A stretch of 64,000 nucleotides of DNA from Amoebidium appalachense (taxonomy: Eukaryota > Protista > Ichthyosporea): assembly GCA_963693365.1 (NCBI GenBank), contig CAVNZM010000010.1, positions 744,001-808,000 of the forward strand, given 5' to 3'. This document shows positions 11,465 through 52,369 of the stretch, one piece after another (position 1 is the stretch's first letter; each line of letters starts with the position of its first letter). The notes under the pieces were generated by a model that searched no databases, was not told where the DNA came from, and saw only the letters and a program-made list of their open reading frames with translations. A program made the position numbers and the translations under genes.

Positions 11465-11893
11465 TCGTGCCTGTTTTTATTGTGAGTGTGGGTGTGGGTG
11501 TGGGCGTGGGTGTGTGTGGCGGCGGCGGAGGCGTTTTTTTGTGTGTGTGTGTGTGTTTGGGGGGGGGGGGAGCCCATAGAAAGCGAGTATACTGTAATGT
11601 TGAGCCTTTACATATTATCAAGTGGCTTGATCCGAACCTTATGACTAACAGGGGTTTGCTGGTAAACAAATAGAACTTGCATGTACACGCCGAATATGGC
11701 AACCGTGAATTCGGCTTTCTAGCAATCAAAAGTGTACCAATGTGCCGTAGTTGTTATGTGGACAATCCAGAGTGTACTTTATGAATTTCCACTGGTTACG
11801 TAAAACTAAGCTGAAGTCATGATGACGAATTCGTATTTTTCCTTCTGTTTTTCCTCCTCCTTTTCCTTTTCCTTTTCCTTTTTTTTTTTTTTT

Positions 11894-11943
<50 letters not shown>

Positions 11944-12252
11944 AATCCTTTTGGTTATGGCTTTCAAAGGCAATTTCTGTGGTCTTGTTTTGTGATTGAA
12001 TGATCGTGAGATACCCATTATATATATATATATTTGGCTAAGAGTAAATGTACATGATGCAAGAGTCCCAACTTGTATTTCCAGGTGGTTGTTTTTGGCT
12101 CCGAGACGGCATATCTTCGTGCGTAAAGTTTTTGATTGGTTCTCTGGGTGATGCCTCCAAACCAGCACAACCTCCAAGCGTACCCCTTAGTAGTGCCCCT
12201 CCCTTCCCCCCTCCCCCCCCCCCCCCCCCTCTCCCCCCGGGCCCCCCAGCCG

Positions 12253-12373
12253 CCCGTGAGGATAGGCTCTGCTAATTTACTAAGATATAATACTCTCTGT
12301 GTGGTTTGCACTCAGTGTGTGTCATGTTGTCCGTTATAAATGTGTATGGTTCGTACCCTAATACGCCTTCTAA
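12253..12373 (+). repeat. Degenerate 3' copy of the structured repeat family
   Basis: cccgtgaggataggctctgct...tactctctgtgtggtttgcactc...tgtgtatggttcgtacc matches 2412-2520 and 3505-3631. Confidence 0.65.
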
Positions 12374-12949
12374 CCCCCCTCCCCCGCCACCTCTCTCCCT
12401 TCGCCTCTTCCCCCTCCTCCCCCCCATTCATGATAATCACACATCAGGTGTTGAATAATTTCCTTGCCCGTTATGTATGTTATATCTGCTTCCTACGGAG
12501 GACACTTCATTGACTGAGTAGATCTGGGAATTTCGTCACAACAACAAATAAAATTGCCAGCAAAAAATTTAACATGATAAAAATTCGGATTATATAAAAC
12601 AACTTTTACGTGGACATCCGTCTAGGCTGCTCAGTGGCTACCAGTGCAACACCTTTAAGTTTTCTTAGTTTTTGAAGCCAATCAACGATATTCAATAAAA
12701 ATCAGTTTGTTAAAGTTCCAAAGCTCTGTTTGTAGCAACGTTAATTTTCAAAAGCCGCCCGGGGGCCGATAAAGCCCAAGTTGAACATCATATTCTGGTT
12801 TTCCGATTGAAGTAGTTTTTCATTAAGTCTTTTCAGGTGGTTGTTTCAACCTCAGAAGGTAATCATGATGTTAGAATGATCTGGTTAGTAACACTGTTGT
12901 AATATTTAGATCTTACCATACAAGGAACACAAACACTGTTTGCATACTT

Positions 12950-20900
<7,951 letters not shown>

Positions 20901-21923
20901 CGTCCCTCCCCCCCCCCCCCCTCCCCCCCCCCCCCTCCCCCCCCCCCTCCCCCCTCCCCTCCTCCCCGAGGAGCCCCGGCCCCATCTCCATTTCCTCAAC
21001 ATTTACTGGTCTTGTCACCACAGTGCAACATGAGACCGCGTGGCACAGGAAAAAAGGCACAGGGGCTCCTTACATGCAACCCATCCCATTCCCTGGGCGA
21101 GAGCAGGTCCGGGTGAAGATATAAGCGATGCGTTTCAGTGATGGCTACTCATGTAAAATATATATAGGAACAGCAGAAATACAAAAAAGCTAACAGACAT
21201 ACACCCAGATCAGTGCACACGTATGAATGGTGCTGGTTCTCCGTCCGATCAACCCAACCTCCCCCCCCCTTCCCCCCCCCCCCCCCCCCCCACTTCCCCA
21301 CCCACACACCGATTGGCTCACGCTTTGTTTTACGGCTTGTGTCAATACTGGGGTACCTGTGTTTCAGTGTGTTCAAAAGTGAACGGGCATTCATATCAAG
21401 AAAACTATTGGACCCTTCCCGTGCTTTTTATTAAGTTGTGTTTCTTTTACTTCGTAATGTGTAAAGCAGTAACACCCCCCTTCCCCCCCCCCCCCCCCCC
21501 TCCTCCCCCTGGGCTCTTACACCTACCCCCCATTCATCCTTCACGGTCACCCTTCTTTCTCCCCAGGGCCTCCTCCCCTGAGCGAGATCCACCCTTGGTT
21601 TCACTGCATTCCATTGCACTATTCCGGAGGGATAGCGTTTGTCTGAATGCCTAGCAGGAACCAACTATTTAAAGGTGCAAAAAAAAGAGGATTCTGAGCT
21701 AGTTGAGTGCAAGGAGCCCGTACCTTATGAGTAAAATAAATTGGCTATTCCACCCCCCCCCCCCCCCCCTTCTCCCCCTCCCCACGCTCCATCCTCCTCC
21801 CCCCCCCCCCCCCACCCCACCCCCCCACCCCCGCACACACACATACACATACACACACACACACATACGCATGCGCGCGCACACACACACGCACACACCC
21901 ACGCACGCACGCGCGCACACACA

Positions 21924-22000
<77 letters not shown>

Positions 22001-22034
22001 GCACACACACACATACACGCACACACCTACGCAG

Positions 22035-22068
<34 letters not shown>

Positions 22069-22108
22069 AGTGTACACGCACGCACGCACACACACATACA
22101 CACACACG

Positions 22109-22141
<33 letters not shown>

Positions 22142-22327
22142 AACACACACACACACACACACAAAATTCTTTTAAAAAAAAGAATAAGGAAAGTTTCTCC
22201 CCCATGAATTGAATCGCTCAAAAGTTTTTATTCGGAATCAGACTGGGCTTCCATGGATAAATAATAAAACCGCCATCGGCACTAAGAGATAGTCGTTTAG
22301 ATAGGTCCACCAGATAACCAACGAGGT

Positions 22328-22899
22328 TATTTTATTTATTTATCCCGTTTCACTCCCAGCGCGGCACTGCCTCAGGGGAGCTTACCGTCTTCCGCCTAGA
22401 CACAGATCGTACTGTATAGCTCACTCATAAGTCGATTCTAATTGACCCCTACTGGCACTATTTTTAGTTACGCCTTTATCCCACGGTTCTAGCTGCAGCA
22501 ACGCTAGTGGGGAACTCACTTTAACAACACCAGCCGGGAGCGACCCGGGACACATACACAAACATAAAGACTTGAAAGGGAAAACCCCATGCCCAGGACG
22601 CAGACCCGAACCGTGGCCGTTGACTCGGATTGGTCTCCCACTTGAACGTTAGGCCGGGATGTCCAAGCGGCGCGCCGTCGACGTCAGAGGGCCGGTGCTG
22701 TTCATGACGTCATGTCTTGCGGCCGGATGATAACAAATTGGTGGTGCTGCTTGACGTGGTCTGGGGTGATGGCTTCTAGGGGGCGGCCAGACCGGTGGAC
22801 CGTACGCGTCGAGCAGACAAAAATCGGAAGTAACCATGGCGATCGATCCTGCGACTCGGAGCTTGACACGCAGAGATGTACCATTGCACCAACCCGCCC
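22328..22899 (-). mobile_element. tRNA-derived SINE, about 570 bp, with (TAAA)n tail and 18-bp target-site duplication
   Basis: Flanked by ccagataaccaacgaggt (22310-22327) and ccagatatccaacgaggt (22900-22917), one mismatch. The minus strand starts GGGCGGGT, with box A TGGTGCAATGG (22881-22891) and box-B-like GGATCGATCGCC (22838-22849) 31 nt apart, and ends ATAAATAAATAAAATA. Confidence 0.8.
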
Positions 22900-23467
22900 C
22901 CAGATATCCAACGAGGTGACTTGGCCGTATAACTTCTAAGACTCTGCAAAATAGCTATGGGAGCCAACAAACCTACCTGTCAAGCAGCCAAGAGTAAAAA
23001 GCACAGATGGCATTCTTTTTGATATTCGGCGAATTCAATAGTATCTAAAATCTAGACTAGCTTAAACATACATACTACATCAGGCTAGGTCCTTTCTGTA
23101 GAAGCTAGTGTCACAGAACTTCACAGCTGCAGATAATATACGTAGTTAAACTTCAGCGTCAGGTACTATGTAACCCAAGCAATATATAATGCGCTTGTAC
23201 ATTCGCGATACAATATTCATACCAAAACATAGGTTTGCCAATATGGAAGGGATATGGAAAAACGGAGGGGCGTCTGGTGGGCCACCCCAACCCTATTAGT
23301 ACTCCACAGCCAGGGCAAACCTAGATGCCCATACTCGCTGGCCGACCTTAAACAGTGCAGCGCCCCCCCCCTCCCCATGCATATGGCCACCCACGTGCAC
23401 CCACCCATCCCACCCCTCCCCCCTCCCCCATCTCCCCCCCTCCCCCCCCCCCCCCCCCACACACACA

Positions 23468-23517
<50 letters not shown>

Positions 23518-23519
23518 GT

Positions 23520-23551
<32 letters not shown>

Positions 23552-23619
23552 CCCCCCCCCTCCCTTCCTCCCTCTCTCCCCCTCTCTCCCCCTCTCTCTA
23601 TCTCTCTCTCCCCCCCCCT

Positions 23620-23659
<40 letters not shown>

Positions 23660-23774
23660 CTCCCTCTCTCTCTCTCCCCTACCCCCCCCTTCCTCTCTCC
23701 CTCTCTCCTCTCTCTCTCTCCCTCTCTCTCTCCCTCTCTCTCACTCTCTCTCTCTCTCTCTCTCTCTCTCAGAG

Positions 23775-23892
<118 letters not shown>

Positions 23893-23897
23893 CGAGG

Positions 23898-23982
<85 letters not shown>

Positions 23983-25728
23983 GCTCTGCCCCCCCCACTC
24001 GAAGTGTCTCATTCTCTCCTCCCCTGCTCTCTCTCACTCTTCTATCTCCTCCCCTCCCCCCTCCCCCCACTAGTCTCTTGTTCCCCCCCCCCCCCCCCCC
24101 CCTCCCCTCCCCCCCCTCCCCCCCCCCCCTCCCTCCCCCACCCTCGAGATCTCCCTGTCAAACCGCCAGGGACCACGTACAATCTAACAACAACAGATAG
24201 CACAAATCAAATGTGCATGCGGCTGCATGTCATTGACCCTCAGTCCAACTCCACACGACCTTTTCAAATTCTAACCCCCCTTTCCCCCCCCACGGCCCCC
24301 GAGTATTCCCTCCCTCCTCCCCCCCCCCCTCCCCCCCTCCCCAAATTTGTCCACACGTGCGTGACACAGACACCGTCGTCAGGTAACTAATAATAACCTT
24401 GAATACTATAAATATAACCGTTAATATAAATATAGCTATGTGCCAGGGAGCCTGAGCGAGCCGGGGCTGCGAGCCTGCGACGCCGACGGACTAAACCGGT
24501 ACCAGGGTTCGATAATGTAAAACAAGACTATTGAACGACAACGGGGCAGCAAGGCTTGCCCACGGGCCCACCTTTCTTGCTACATTAACGAAAGACAATA
24601 CTGTTACTAAATGTTTTTTTGGACACAAGTAATAGAACATACGCATGTATATAATATATAATACGCTTGCATGCTTTGGAATTCGAAAGAACTGTCAATG
24701 TGCATGTATGTACATGATAATGAGTCGACTCAGCAATAGTATGAGCAAATTATAATGCTCAATTTTATCTCTGGAATCACCTGCAGGCATTCCTCCACAT
24801 ACCACAGTGCCCTACTGTCTCTTTTTTTAGAAACGGCCCGCGGCCAACTAAAAGCCACATGGGCTTATAACATGCAATAATTCATTGAATAAATAGACTA
24901 CATAGATGTTATCTATTTACTATTTACGCCTGCAAAGTTGCAAACTCTTCCAGGCAGCTAATGCCTGAACCCAAGTCACCCAACCCTATTTAGCCGTCGC
25001 CGCGGGCGGCGGGCCGCAGCTTCTTGCATACCTCAGATTCTACTCATGCATACCATTGATAAATTCATGAATGCACTCACGTGACGTACTCATTACTCAG
25101 TCCACAGACTCCACACATAGACGAAAAACTTTTTAAAAGAGAGCGCTTAAATCTTTCACAATATTGAAATGAAAAAAAAAGTGATATACAAGCAATTACC
25201 GGCTTTACATGCCCCTTATAGCATTACGCGGTTACTAACATAGGGCGAGACTACATTGCATCCCAACTTGTTATTTGGCAGTACGTGGGGTTGGAATTCT
25301 ACAACTGATACGTGGGCTTCAAGTCCTCAATAATCACACTCGACCCATTAGAGCCTATATTTCATGTCTTCCTATACTAGAAATATTGTATTTTATTATT
25401 GTAAGTTGCAACTTCTTGAAAAAAGTTTCGGTTATCTTTTTCACGCCATTCATGGATAATAACGATATGCACGCTGTCTCTGAGACTCTGACACTCTCTG
25501 TCGATAGATGATCTACATACCATTCGCCTACCATTCATGCCGATGATCCATTGAATGCGTTCATAAATACGACCCACGAACACAGTCAGTGTCAGTCGAC
25601 GTGAATCAGTCCTCTGTTTCCCCAACGCACGACTTGTATACGTATACAGAGACAAACTCACCTTGTCTAATATACTGGTAAAATAACTCCTATAGTTATT
25701 ATACTAAAAATAGCTATAGCAAATCAGC

Positions 25729-26869
25729 ATGGCTAGCATCCGTGCTTTCACGGCTTTAGCCGTTCTGGTTGCTGGAACCGTTACTGCCGCCCCTTTGGCA
25801 CCAATTTACACTCCGAAAGACCCAACTCGCGCAGTCTCAGGCCAATACATTGTGCGCTTGAAAGATGACAGCACTACTGGTGTTAGAAATGGCCCTCGCG
25901 ATTCCACCCGCCTTGATGCCGTGCTGAAGAGAATAAACCACGTGGTAAGTGCATATGGGCATGTGTGCAAAACAGACAACATCCTATAGCTAGGCCTACA
26001 AGTTTGTTGTTTTGGAATGGATTTCATGATCAGCACGTATAGCTGCTATTTTTACTCACCGTTACAGTTGGTTAAAGATAAAAATAATAGTAATATTTCT
26101 CATACGCAAATCCTATGCACAAATAGTCCCCTCGGCACAGATTTCATTCATGCAGGTCGTCGTGAGTTGATTTGATGATATATAATCCAGATTTTCAGGC
26201 GGCACGCTCAAGCGTGAATTCGCTCACCATTTTTAATAGTCGCATGAGCACTACAATACTTACATGTTCTCATGTGTAAATCCATCATGACAAATAATGC
26301 TCCCTGTGGTATAGATACTCAGCTAACCACCTAAGGCTTTAGTACATATATGGGCAACTAACTCAATATTATGTTTGTTGCCGCTGCAGGGTGGCATGAA
26401 GCATCCCTACCTCGGAGCCATGTCAGTCAACATTAACCCAGCCTTGGTCGAACAACTACGTGCAGACCCAGACGTTGCCTACGTTGAAATGGATCAACGC
26501 GTGACTGTTGCCAGCACAAGTTGGGGTCTTGACCGTATTGACCAGGCAGCACTCCCGCTAGACGGCTATAACGACTTTAACGGCCTAACGGGAGAGGGTG
26601 TGGATATATATATTGTCGATACGGGCGTCAATATGCGAGCGGATTTCGGTGGGAGGGTGCAGCAGGTGTATACTGCCTTTAATGACAGTGTTGATGGTAA
26701 CGGACATGGTACGCATGTGGCAGGAACGGCTGCATCGGCAACTTATGGAATTGCAAAGAAGGTGAGGGTGGTGTGGTTGCACAGGCGGATCTAATTGATT
26801 GCAATTGCGATCTTACTAAGGAGTCCGGGAGAGGGAGAACCTCGAGGTGGGGCCCGGGGGAAGGGGAAA

Positions 26870-26900
<31 letters not shown>

Positions 26901-28328
26901 GGGCAAGAGAAAGATGGGGTTGCCGTCGTATCAAGTACACATGGAAAATCGATAAAATATGCCCAAGACATTAGTTTTAAGGCTTGTCTTCGTGTAGATG
27001 ACAGACTAATGTTCTTTCTTTTCCTGTGCAGGCGGACATTAAAGCCGTGCGTGTGCTCGACTCCACAGGCTCAGGCACCTACACCGGAATCATTAGCGGG
27101 CTCAACTACATCTACAGCACACGAAACACCTCCCGCCCAAGCGTTGTCTCCATGTCCCTCGGTGGCGGATTTTCACAGGCTGTCAACGACGCTGTTACCA
27201 GTCTGATCAACGTTGGTGTGGTTGCAACTATTGCGGCAGGAAATTCAGCTGCCGATGCGTGCACTTATTCACCTGCTTCTACTCCTGATGCACTTACTGT
27301 TGGTGCCACGACGAGCACGGACGGGTTTGCGAGCTATTCTAACTATGGGTCGTGTGTGGATCTGTTGGCACCTGGAACGTCGATTACGAGCTGGTGGTAT
27401 GACGGAACTGTGAAGACCATTTCTGGGACCTCAATGTATGAGCCCCCTCCCCCTTCCCCCCCCCCCCCCCCCCCAACCCTCCACGCACGACCCCCTTGCC
27501 TATAGACAATGGTACAACGTTGTTATATCAGTAGGGGATGCGGGATTGGCTGCACACAACCAGTCACACACGCACAGCGCGTTCGCATGCAAATTCCTGC
27601 ATGCACGTACGTGCGCGCACATACACACACACCATGTCCCTTTACACACACACACTCTCATGCACACACCGTACCCACACACACCCAAACAACAGTTGCA
27701 CACATAAACCAGTATCCTCTCCATCACCATTTCCACAACACCTCTTTCATCTAATCACTCTTTTCCCCCCACAAACAGGGCCACGCCGCACGTCGCTGGT
27801 GCCGCCGCGCTTTACTTGCAGGCGTACAAGACAGCCACCCCTCTCCAAGTGCGCAACGGCTTGATGGCTGTGGCAACAAAGAATGCTATTTCTTCGGTCC
27901 CTGCCGGCACACCAAACACCCTTCTTTATGCCAAATTCAGTGTTCCTCAGACACCAACTACCACAACAACCACAACCACAACCACAACCACCACCACCAC
28001 CACCACCACCACCACCACCACCCCTCCTCCCACCACCACCACCACCACCACCACCACCACCACCACCCCTCCTCCCACCACCACAACTACCACCACCACC
28101 ACCACCACCACCCCTCCTCCCACCACCACAACTACCACCACCACCACCACTACCGCCACCACTACCACCACAACGACCCCTCCTCCGACTACCACTACAA
28201 CCACCACCACAACCACCACCACCACCACCACCACCACACCTCCCCCTACAACTACTACCACCAAAACCACCACCACGACGGTACCACCGCCACCACCCAA
28301 GTGGAAGCCTGGCCGTGTCAAATGGTAA
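25729..28328 (+). CDS. Secreted subtilisin-like serine protease (S8A, proteinase K subfamily) with I9 prodomain and Thr/Pro tail, about 513 aa
   Basis: Exons 25729-25944, 26390-26761, 27032-27435 and 27779-28328 are in phase. Signal peptide; YIV.LK and DPDVAYVEMDQ prodomain motifs; SWGLDRIDQ; catalytic Asp (IVDTGV), His (NGHGTHVAG), oxyanion Asn (AAGN) and Ser (GTSM|ATPHVAG). Confidence 0.95.
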
Positions 28329-28868
28329 CCTTAGTCATTTCACATTTTGATAACCTCCTCTTTCCTCTTTCCCCCTTACTGAAGCTTTATTCCGATTTTT
28401 TTTGCATAGATCGGTTTAGTAATCTAGCAAATGCCGATATCTAGGCTTTTTCCATGCACACTCCAGTTGAATGCCGTGAACCACAAGTTTAACCAAACGT
28501 ACAGACCTTAAATGTTTTCTTTTTCTTTCTTTCTTTCTTTCTTTTCTTTTCTTTTTTTTTTTTTGCCTTTTTTTTAAACGAAAGTTTAACGAAAGAATGT
28601 TGGGTACTCTCTGAATTCGGTCTCGGTTTATTTTAATAAGTTGAACCTTTCCTTTTTAATTAACTAAATAGTTTTTCGCGTGTCCTTGTGCCGGGCTGGT
28701 CCCTGCAGGTTCAAGACTTAGCTGAAATAACAACACAGCTTGTAGGTACATGTGCACAGTGGTAGCCGGCTGGTGCTGTGTGTGTGTGAGTGTGCTTCCA
28801 TCTAGATGCGTGCCTGGTGGTGACTGTGTTTGGGCGAGTTATTTTCTCTCTCTTGTTTTCCCGCTGGC

Positions 28869-28914
<46 letters not shown>

Positions 28915-29123
28915 TGGGTTACCATAATGATGCTCTAATCGATGCAACAGTTTTTATAAAACTCAAAAAAATGTAGGAATATGGATGGCCCCGTTTTTAT
29001 TTTTCCGATGCTATTATTCTTAAGATAGATTATCTGTCCCTTGAACGTTTCCCCCAAACCCCTCCCGCAATAGGAGTTCGCTGACAGCTAGCCCCCCCCC
29101 CCTCCCCCCCCCCCCCCTCTCCC

Positions 29124-29183
<60 letters not shown>

Positions 29184-29857
29184 GGGGGCCCCGTGGGGGG
29201 GGCCCGTGTGCCCCCGGGGAATATGCCTGTGGGGCATGTGCATGTCACTTTAGGGGAGACCTGCCGCCGGATCTGTGTTGGAAAAAAAAGGCGTAACCCA
29301 GACTTCAAGGGGTCGAAATGCATTGTTGCTGACGAATGTAAACCAATGATTTTATTTGTCAAATGATGATAAGATGATGGTTCGTTTAAATTTTAGTTAA
29401 CTTGATGATGCGTCATGAGAGTCCCGCATGAGAAGCTCATGATTACCACGCTTGCAGGCAGCGACCGATATCGATATATGCACTCTTATATGATCCCATC
29501 TTTATTGCTCTCCCTACGGGTTAAACACGTTTCTAATCGTTGCCATAACATCATGGCGGCCCACAATATTAATCAAATACACAACTTACATCACACGTTT
29601 TTTCCAGTCTCAAGGCTCTGCTTAGGCCTTAATCCTTTATCTTGAAAAAATAACTAACAGAAACTTAAGATTGGGCGGTTACATTTACAAAAGCTTGTCC
29701 ATAATTAACTCTATACTACTACATACTACTATTCGTTAACTGATTTGTAGGTCACGAAGCCGGTTGCCACAAATGCCGTGTTTAAAACTTTGATTCTCAA
29801 TTTACACACAACATCCCCCCCCCCCCCCCCCCCCACCCCCCCCTCCTTCCCCCCTCC

Positions 29858-29902
<45 letters not shown>

Positions 29903-30134
29903 TACGTTTTCAGTCACTCCTCGTTAACGTGCAAGAACAGAAGACAAACAGCTCTTACTTCGACGCCATCCTAGCTCAGGCAGTGTTAAATCCAAATGTT
30001 GCACACAACCATACAAATCCCAGAATGCAAAATTTGATGCGGTAGTAAGCACAGGTCACGATAACTTCTATATATGATTTCTATTGAGCAGGCGAGAAAA
30101 GTGTGAACGATTTTCCTCGTCAATTAGACAATAG

Positions 30135-42305
<12,171 letters not shown>

Positions 42306-42583
42306 GTTGTTGGACCGTAAAAAACTGAGAATGAGATGTGTTAGAACCAGTTGAGACTGGTGGGGGGAGGTGGGGGAGGGCGAGAGGGGAGGGGGAGAGG
42401 CGGGGGGCATAGGTTGGGTGAGAATGGGGGAGGAAGGAGGGGGGGGGGGGGAGAGGGGGGGGGGCTTGGTTTAAGTGACATTTGGGGAGGAGGGGTGGGG
42501 GGTGCTTGAAACTGGGTCAGTGTTAGTGTGTCTGTGTGTGTCTTTACGTGTTTGTCCGTGTGTCCGTATGCGTGCGTGCGTGC

Positions 42584-42620
<37 letters not shown>

Positions 42621-42761
42621 TGTGTTTGTTCGTGTGTGTGTGTGTGTGTGTATGGACGCATGGCCTTTAGTGTGGGGACAGGTGAGTTACGTCCGCCTGT
42701 GCATCTCTGCGTTTCTGTATGGATAAGCAGGTGTTTTTAGCGTGCATGCCATGTGTTTGTG

Positions 42762-42852
<91 letters not shown>

Positions 42853-43140
42853 TGTGTGCGCGCGCATGCGCGCGTGTGTCTGTCTGCGTGTGCGTATGCG
42901 CCTGCGCGGCTGTGTCTCTCTGCGTGTGTGGTTTTGTGTTTGCACACACAGCACACACATTAAACAAAGCACACACAAAAAGCATTAGACCATAAAGTAC
43001 ATTACCACAAACACGCACAAAAACCCGAGCTCACACGAGCACACACACGCGCACACACACGCACGCACACTCACACACAAACACACACACACACACACAC
43101 ACTTGTACAAACACACACACGCACACACGCACACACGCAC

Positions 43141-43219
<79 letters not shown>

Positions 43220-44203
43220 ACTCACACACACACACACACAAAAACGCACACACACACCCTCATACACTCACACACACCCTGATACACTCACACCTACCCA
43301 CCAACACACGCATCCACACACCCGCACATGCACGCACATCGCCTATCCAAAAATGCTCACCCCAATTGGTATCTTCAGTGCTGATGTTGGTGTGCTCAGT
43401 CTCAACGCTGTTTAGTGCAAGACACCGTTGTAATTATAGAGGATTTGCCCCGAGTTTCACTTTGCCAAGCGGAAAAAGAGCGGCGAAAATTTCAAGCCAC
43501 GAAAAAAGCCGCTTTGTTGTTTTTTTGAAGAAAACCACGGCCATCTGCCGTGAAGAATACTAAAAGGGAGCTGGAGCGAAGTGATTGGCTAATGGAGATT
43601 CCAATATCCCCAATAACCGGATGTGTTGGGGGGCTCAATGAATCTCCTCGAATTAAGATTCTACATAATTTACAATCGATATTATAGAGGTTTAATTAAT
43701 TATTTGAATGATATTTCTTAAATCGATAACTACAATTTAGCAATAAGATCCTACAGTATAGCCTGAGCAAAGATTATTTGATCCACTATAAACCTCTTAA
43801 CCTCAAAAAGTAGTTTTAAGTAAAATGATTTTCAGGGGATGCAAAAAGCTAGGAGGATGACTAGCGATCTACAAACAGAACAGGGTTTGAATCAGAATTA
43901 AAGAACATGCATAAGCTGCAGGCATCATAACAGTCCCAACTACCAAACACATGCATGTTCTGCCCGCTTAAAAATGTGTTAATAAATGCTAAAAAAATAG
44001 TCTAACATTGCTTACCACTATAGATTTGCTTACTTTTCATTTTGTAGCTCTATTATGGCAGTCACCGAAAACGTAACAATTTCTTTCCTGGTTTCTATTT
44101 TTGGCCCGTGAGCCTCACTTGTGACGTCAGACGAAGTGCGTAGGTGTTTTTGATTGGCCAATGCCGTACCTTGCAAACACCATGGGCACGTGTGTGTGTG
44201 TGT

Positions 44204-44255
<52 letters not shown>

Positions 44256-44401
44256 ATGTGTGTAAGTGTGTGTGTGTGCATGTGTGTGAGTGTGTGTGTG
44301 GGTGGCCATGGGCGCGGGGGGGGGGGGGGGGGGGGGGGGAACACTTTCCAGTAAGGGTTTATCACTTACGTGAAGAGGTGATGGGGGAAAAATGGGGGCC
44401 C

Positions 44402-44439
<38 letters not shown>

Positions 44440-44864
44440 GCAGGCGTATCCTTTTTCTCGATAAAAACTTTTTACTTTTTACATGTACGGCTTACCTGCT
44501 ACAGTCGTGAATAATAACTAGCTCAATGTTGAAAGTGCTGAAAAACAGTAGTATATTAATATTAGGGTGAGGCTATGTTAGCAGCCCATCAATCGAGTCA
44601 CAGACAGGCATGTGAGAAAAACAAGTTGTGCAATGTTGATCAAATAGTTTTTACAGATGACGCTAAAGCTATTGTTATTCCCATTAAATATAGTAGGTAT
44701 GTGCCGTGCTAAGGACTTCCCGTGTGGCCATGGGCAACTGCAAGATTGCAACTATTTGTGCATGTGCGTGTATGTATGTACAGAGTTGTGTCTTTGTAGT
44801 GATTTCTTTAACGGCGCTGTTGAAGTGGATGAATCAGGCATGTGTGAATGAGCGTATGTGTATT

Positions 44865-44946
<82 letters not shown>

Positions 44947-45124
44947 CGCACGTATGGGGTGCGAGGGTGGGTGGGTGGGTGGGTGGTGGTGGTGGAGGGA
45001 GGGGGGAGGGGGGGGGGGGGGGGGGGGAGGGGGGAAGGGGCTCGTTTTTATTTCATCTAGAAATTTGATTCACTTAGATATCAACCATTTAGACGGGTAC
45101 CTAATTAAATAGGGAAAAATCCTT

Positions 45125-50973
<5,849 letters not shown>

Positions 50974-52369
50974 GGTGTAAATGTAAAACGTGAATCGGAA
51001 AAAGGACCTCGTGTTTGTTAAATATGCATTTATGGATAACGGAGGGGCTGTTGGCAGGATCAAGGGTGTAATTGCTGGGGTGATATGATCGGGTTTTCAC
51101 AGTGAAGCTGCTTTATAACCCGCCAAGATCCAATCCAAGCTCCCAACCATGAAAAGTAGAAAACGACGCCGGGGAGCAAGTGTATACGGCGGAAAAGAAA
51201 ATGAGAGCCATGAAAACAACCAGAAGATCCAAGCGATGAAACTCCTTCGTGTCAGTGTGTGTGGACGAGTTCTGAGGGGGAAGGGGTGTGAGTGAGTGTG
51301 TTTTTTTGTGTGTGCCACGGTGTGCACTACTAGGTGTTTTCTTCGGGAAAGGTTGCAGACTTTGGTTCCAGCCCAAGTGCACAGATGACTCTCGCAGTTG
51401 GCGCGCAGATGACGAATGCCATGGGAATTTTTTTGGTTATCTTTAATTGTTGCGCAAATAAGAATCCAATCAGTTTTGAGTTTACATAACGCTTCTGCAT
51501 TCTTTTCAAATTGTCGCCAGAGTCCTCGATCCAGGCGGCTCTGCGCAAGCTTCAAACGGTATCACAAAGCCACAAGGACAAGTATGTGATGTGAGTGTGT
51601 GTGTGGTGTCCCCGGCGGGGGAGGGGGGGGGGGGGGGGGGAAGGGGTAACGGGACGGGAAAAAAGGGATAAATCTGACAAAATGCAGGACTCCAGTTGTA
51701 TCATTTTCGAGACTGGATGCCGTTACTGCCAGCGCTAGCAAGACCACAATGAACATTCTCTAAACCTGAGAGCAAACCACAGCATCCAATTAACAAGTTC
51801 AAGAAACTGCACCTCTGAGTCACTGACAGGCCCGAGGGGACAGCTGAGTTCGGGAATAGATTCACTAATAGAGCACCATTTTGTTCTAAAGGTACCCGAC
51901 CCGTGTGTTCTTAAAAAAATTCTGTTTCTGCAGGAAGTATACTTCAATAGATATACAAAGGAGCGAAAAGGTACAAAGAGCCCCAGGGAAAGGAATGTGC
52001 ATGAATATCATATAACAAATAGTATGCATGCTTCAAAGATATATAAATTCCCATCGCCAACACACAGCGACACAACATGGAACTCCTAAGATAGAAACAG
52101 TATAGGTGGCCCGGGTGGATGGGTTGAAGCAGCCGTGTACATGGCGGTCGTGCACGTGGGGTATATTAAAATGTTTACGTGTGTGTGTGTGTGTGTGTAT
52201 GTGTGCGCGCGCGCGCGTGTGCGGACATGTGTATGTGTGTATGTGTGTATGTGTGCGCGCGTGTGTGTGTGCGTGTGTGTGTGTGTGTGGTGTGTGTGTG
52301 TGTGTTTGTGCGTGTACACGTGTCTGCAACACGTGGAATCCGATCCCTCATCGTCGAAATTCCTCCCTC

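Noticed and set aside
24442-24515. tRNA gene or SINE head (GGTTCGAT box-B-like)
   Set aside because: No cloverleaf, weak box A, and no tail or TSD found.
51562-51756. Small signal-peptide ORF MFIVVLLALAVTASS...
   Set aside because: No convincing downstream exons or motif; may be UTR or chance.
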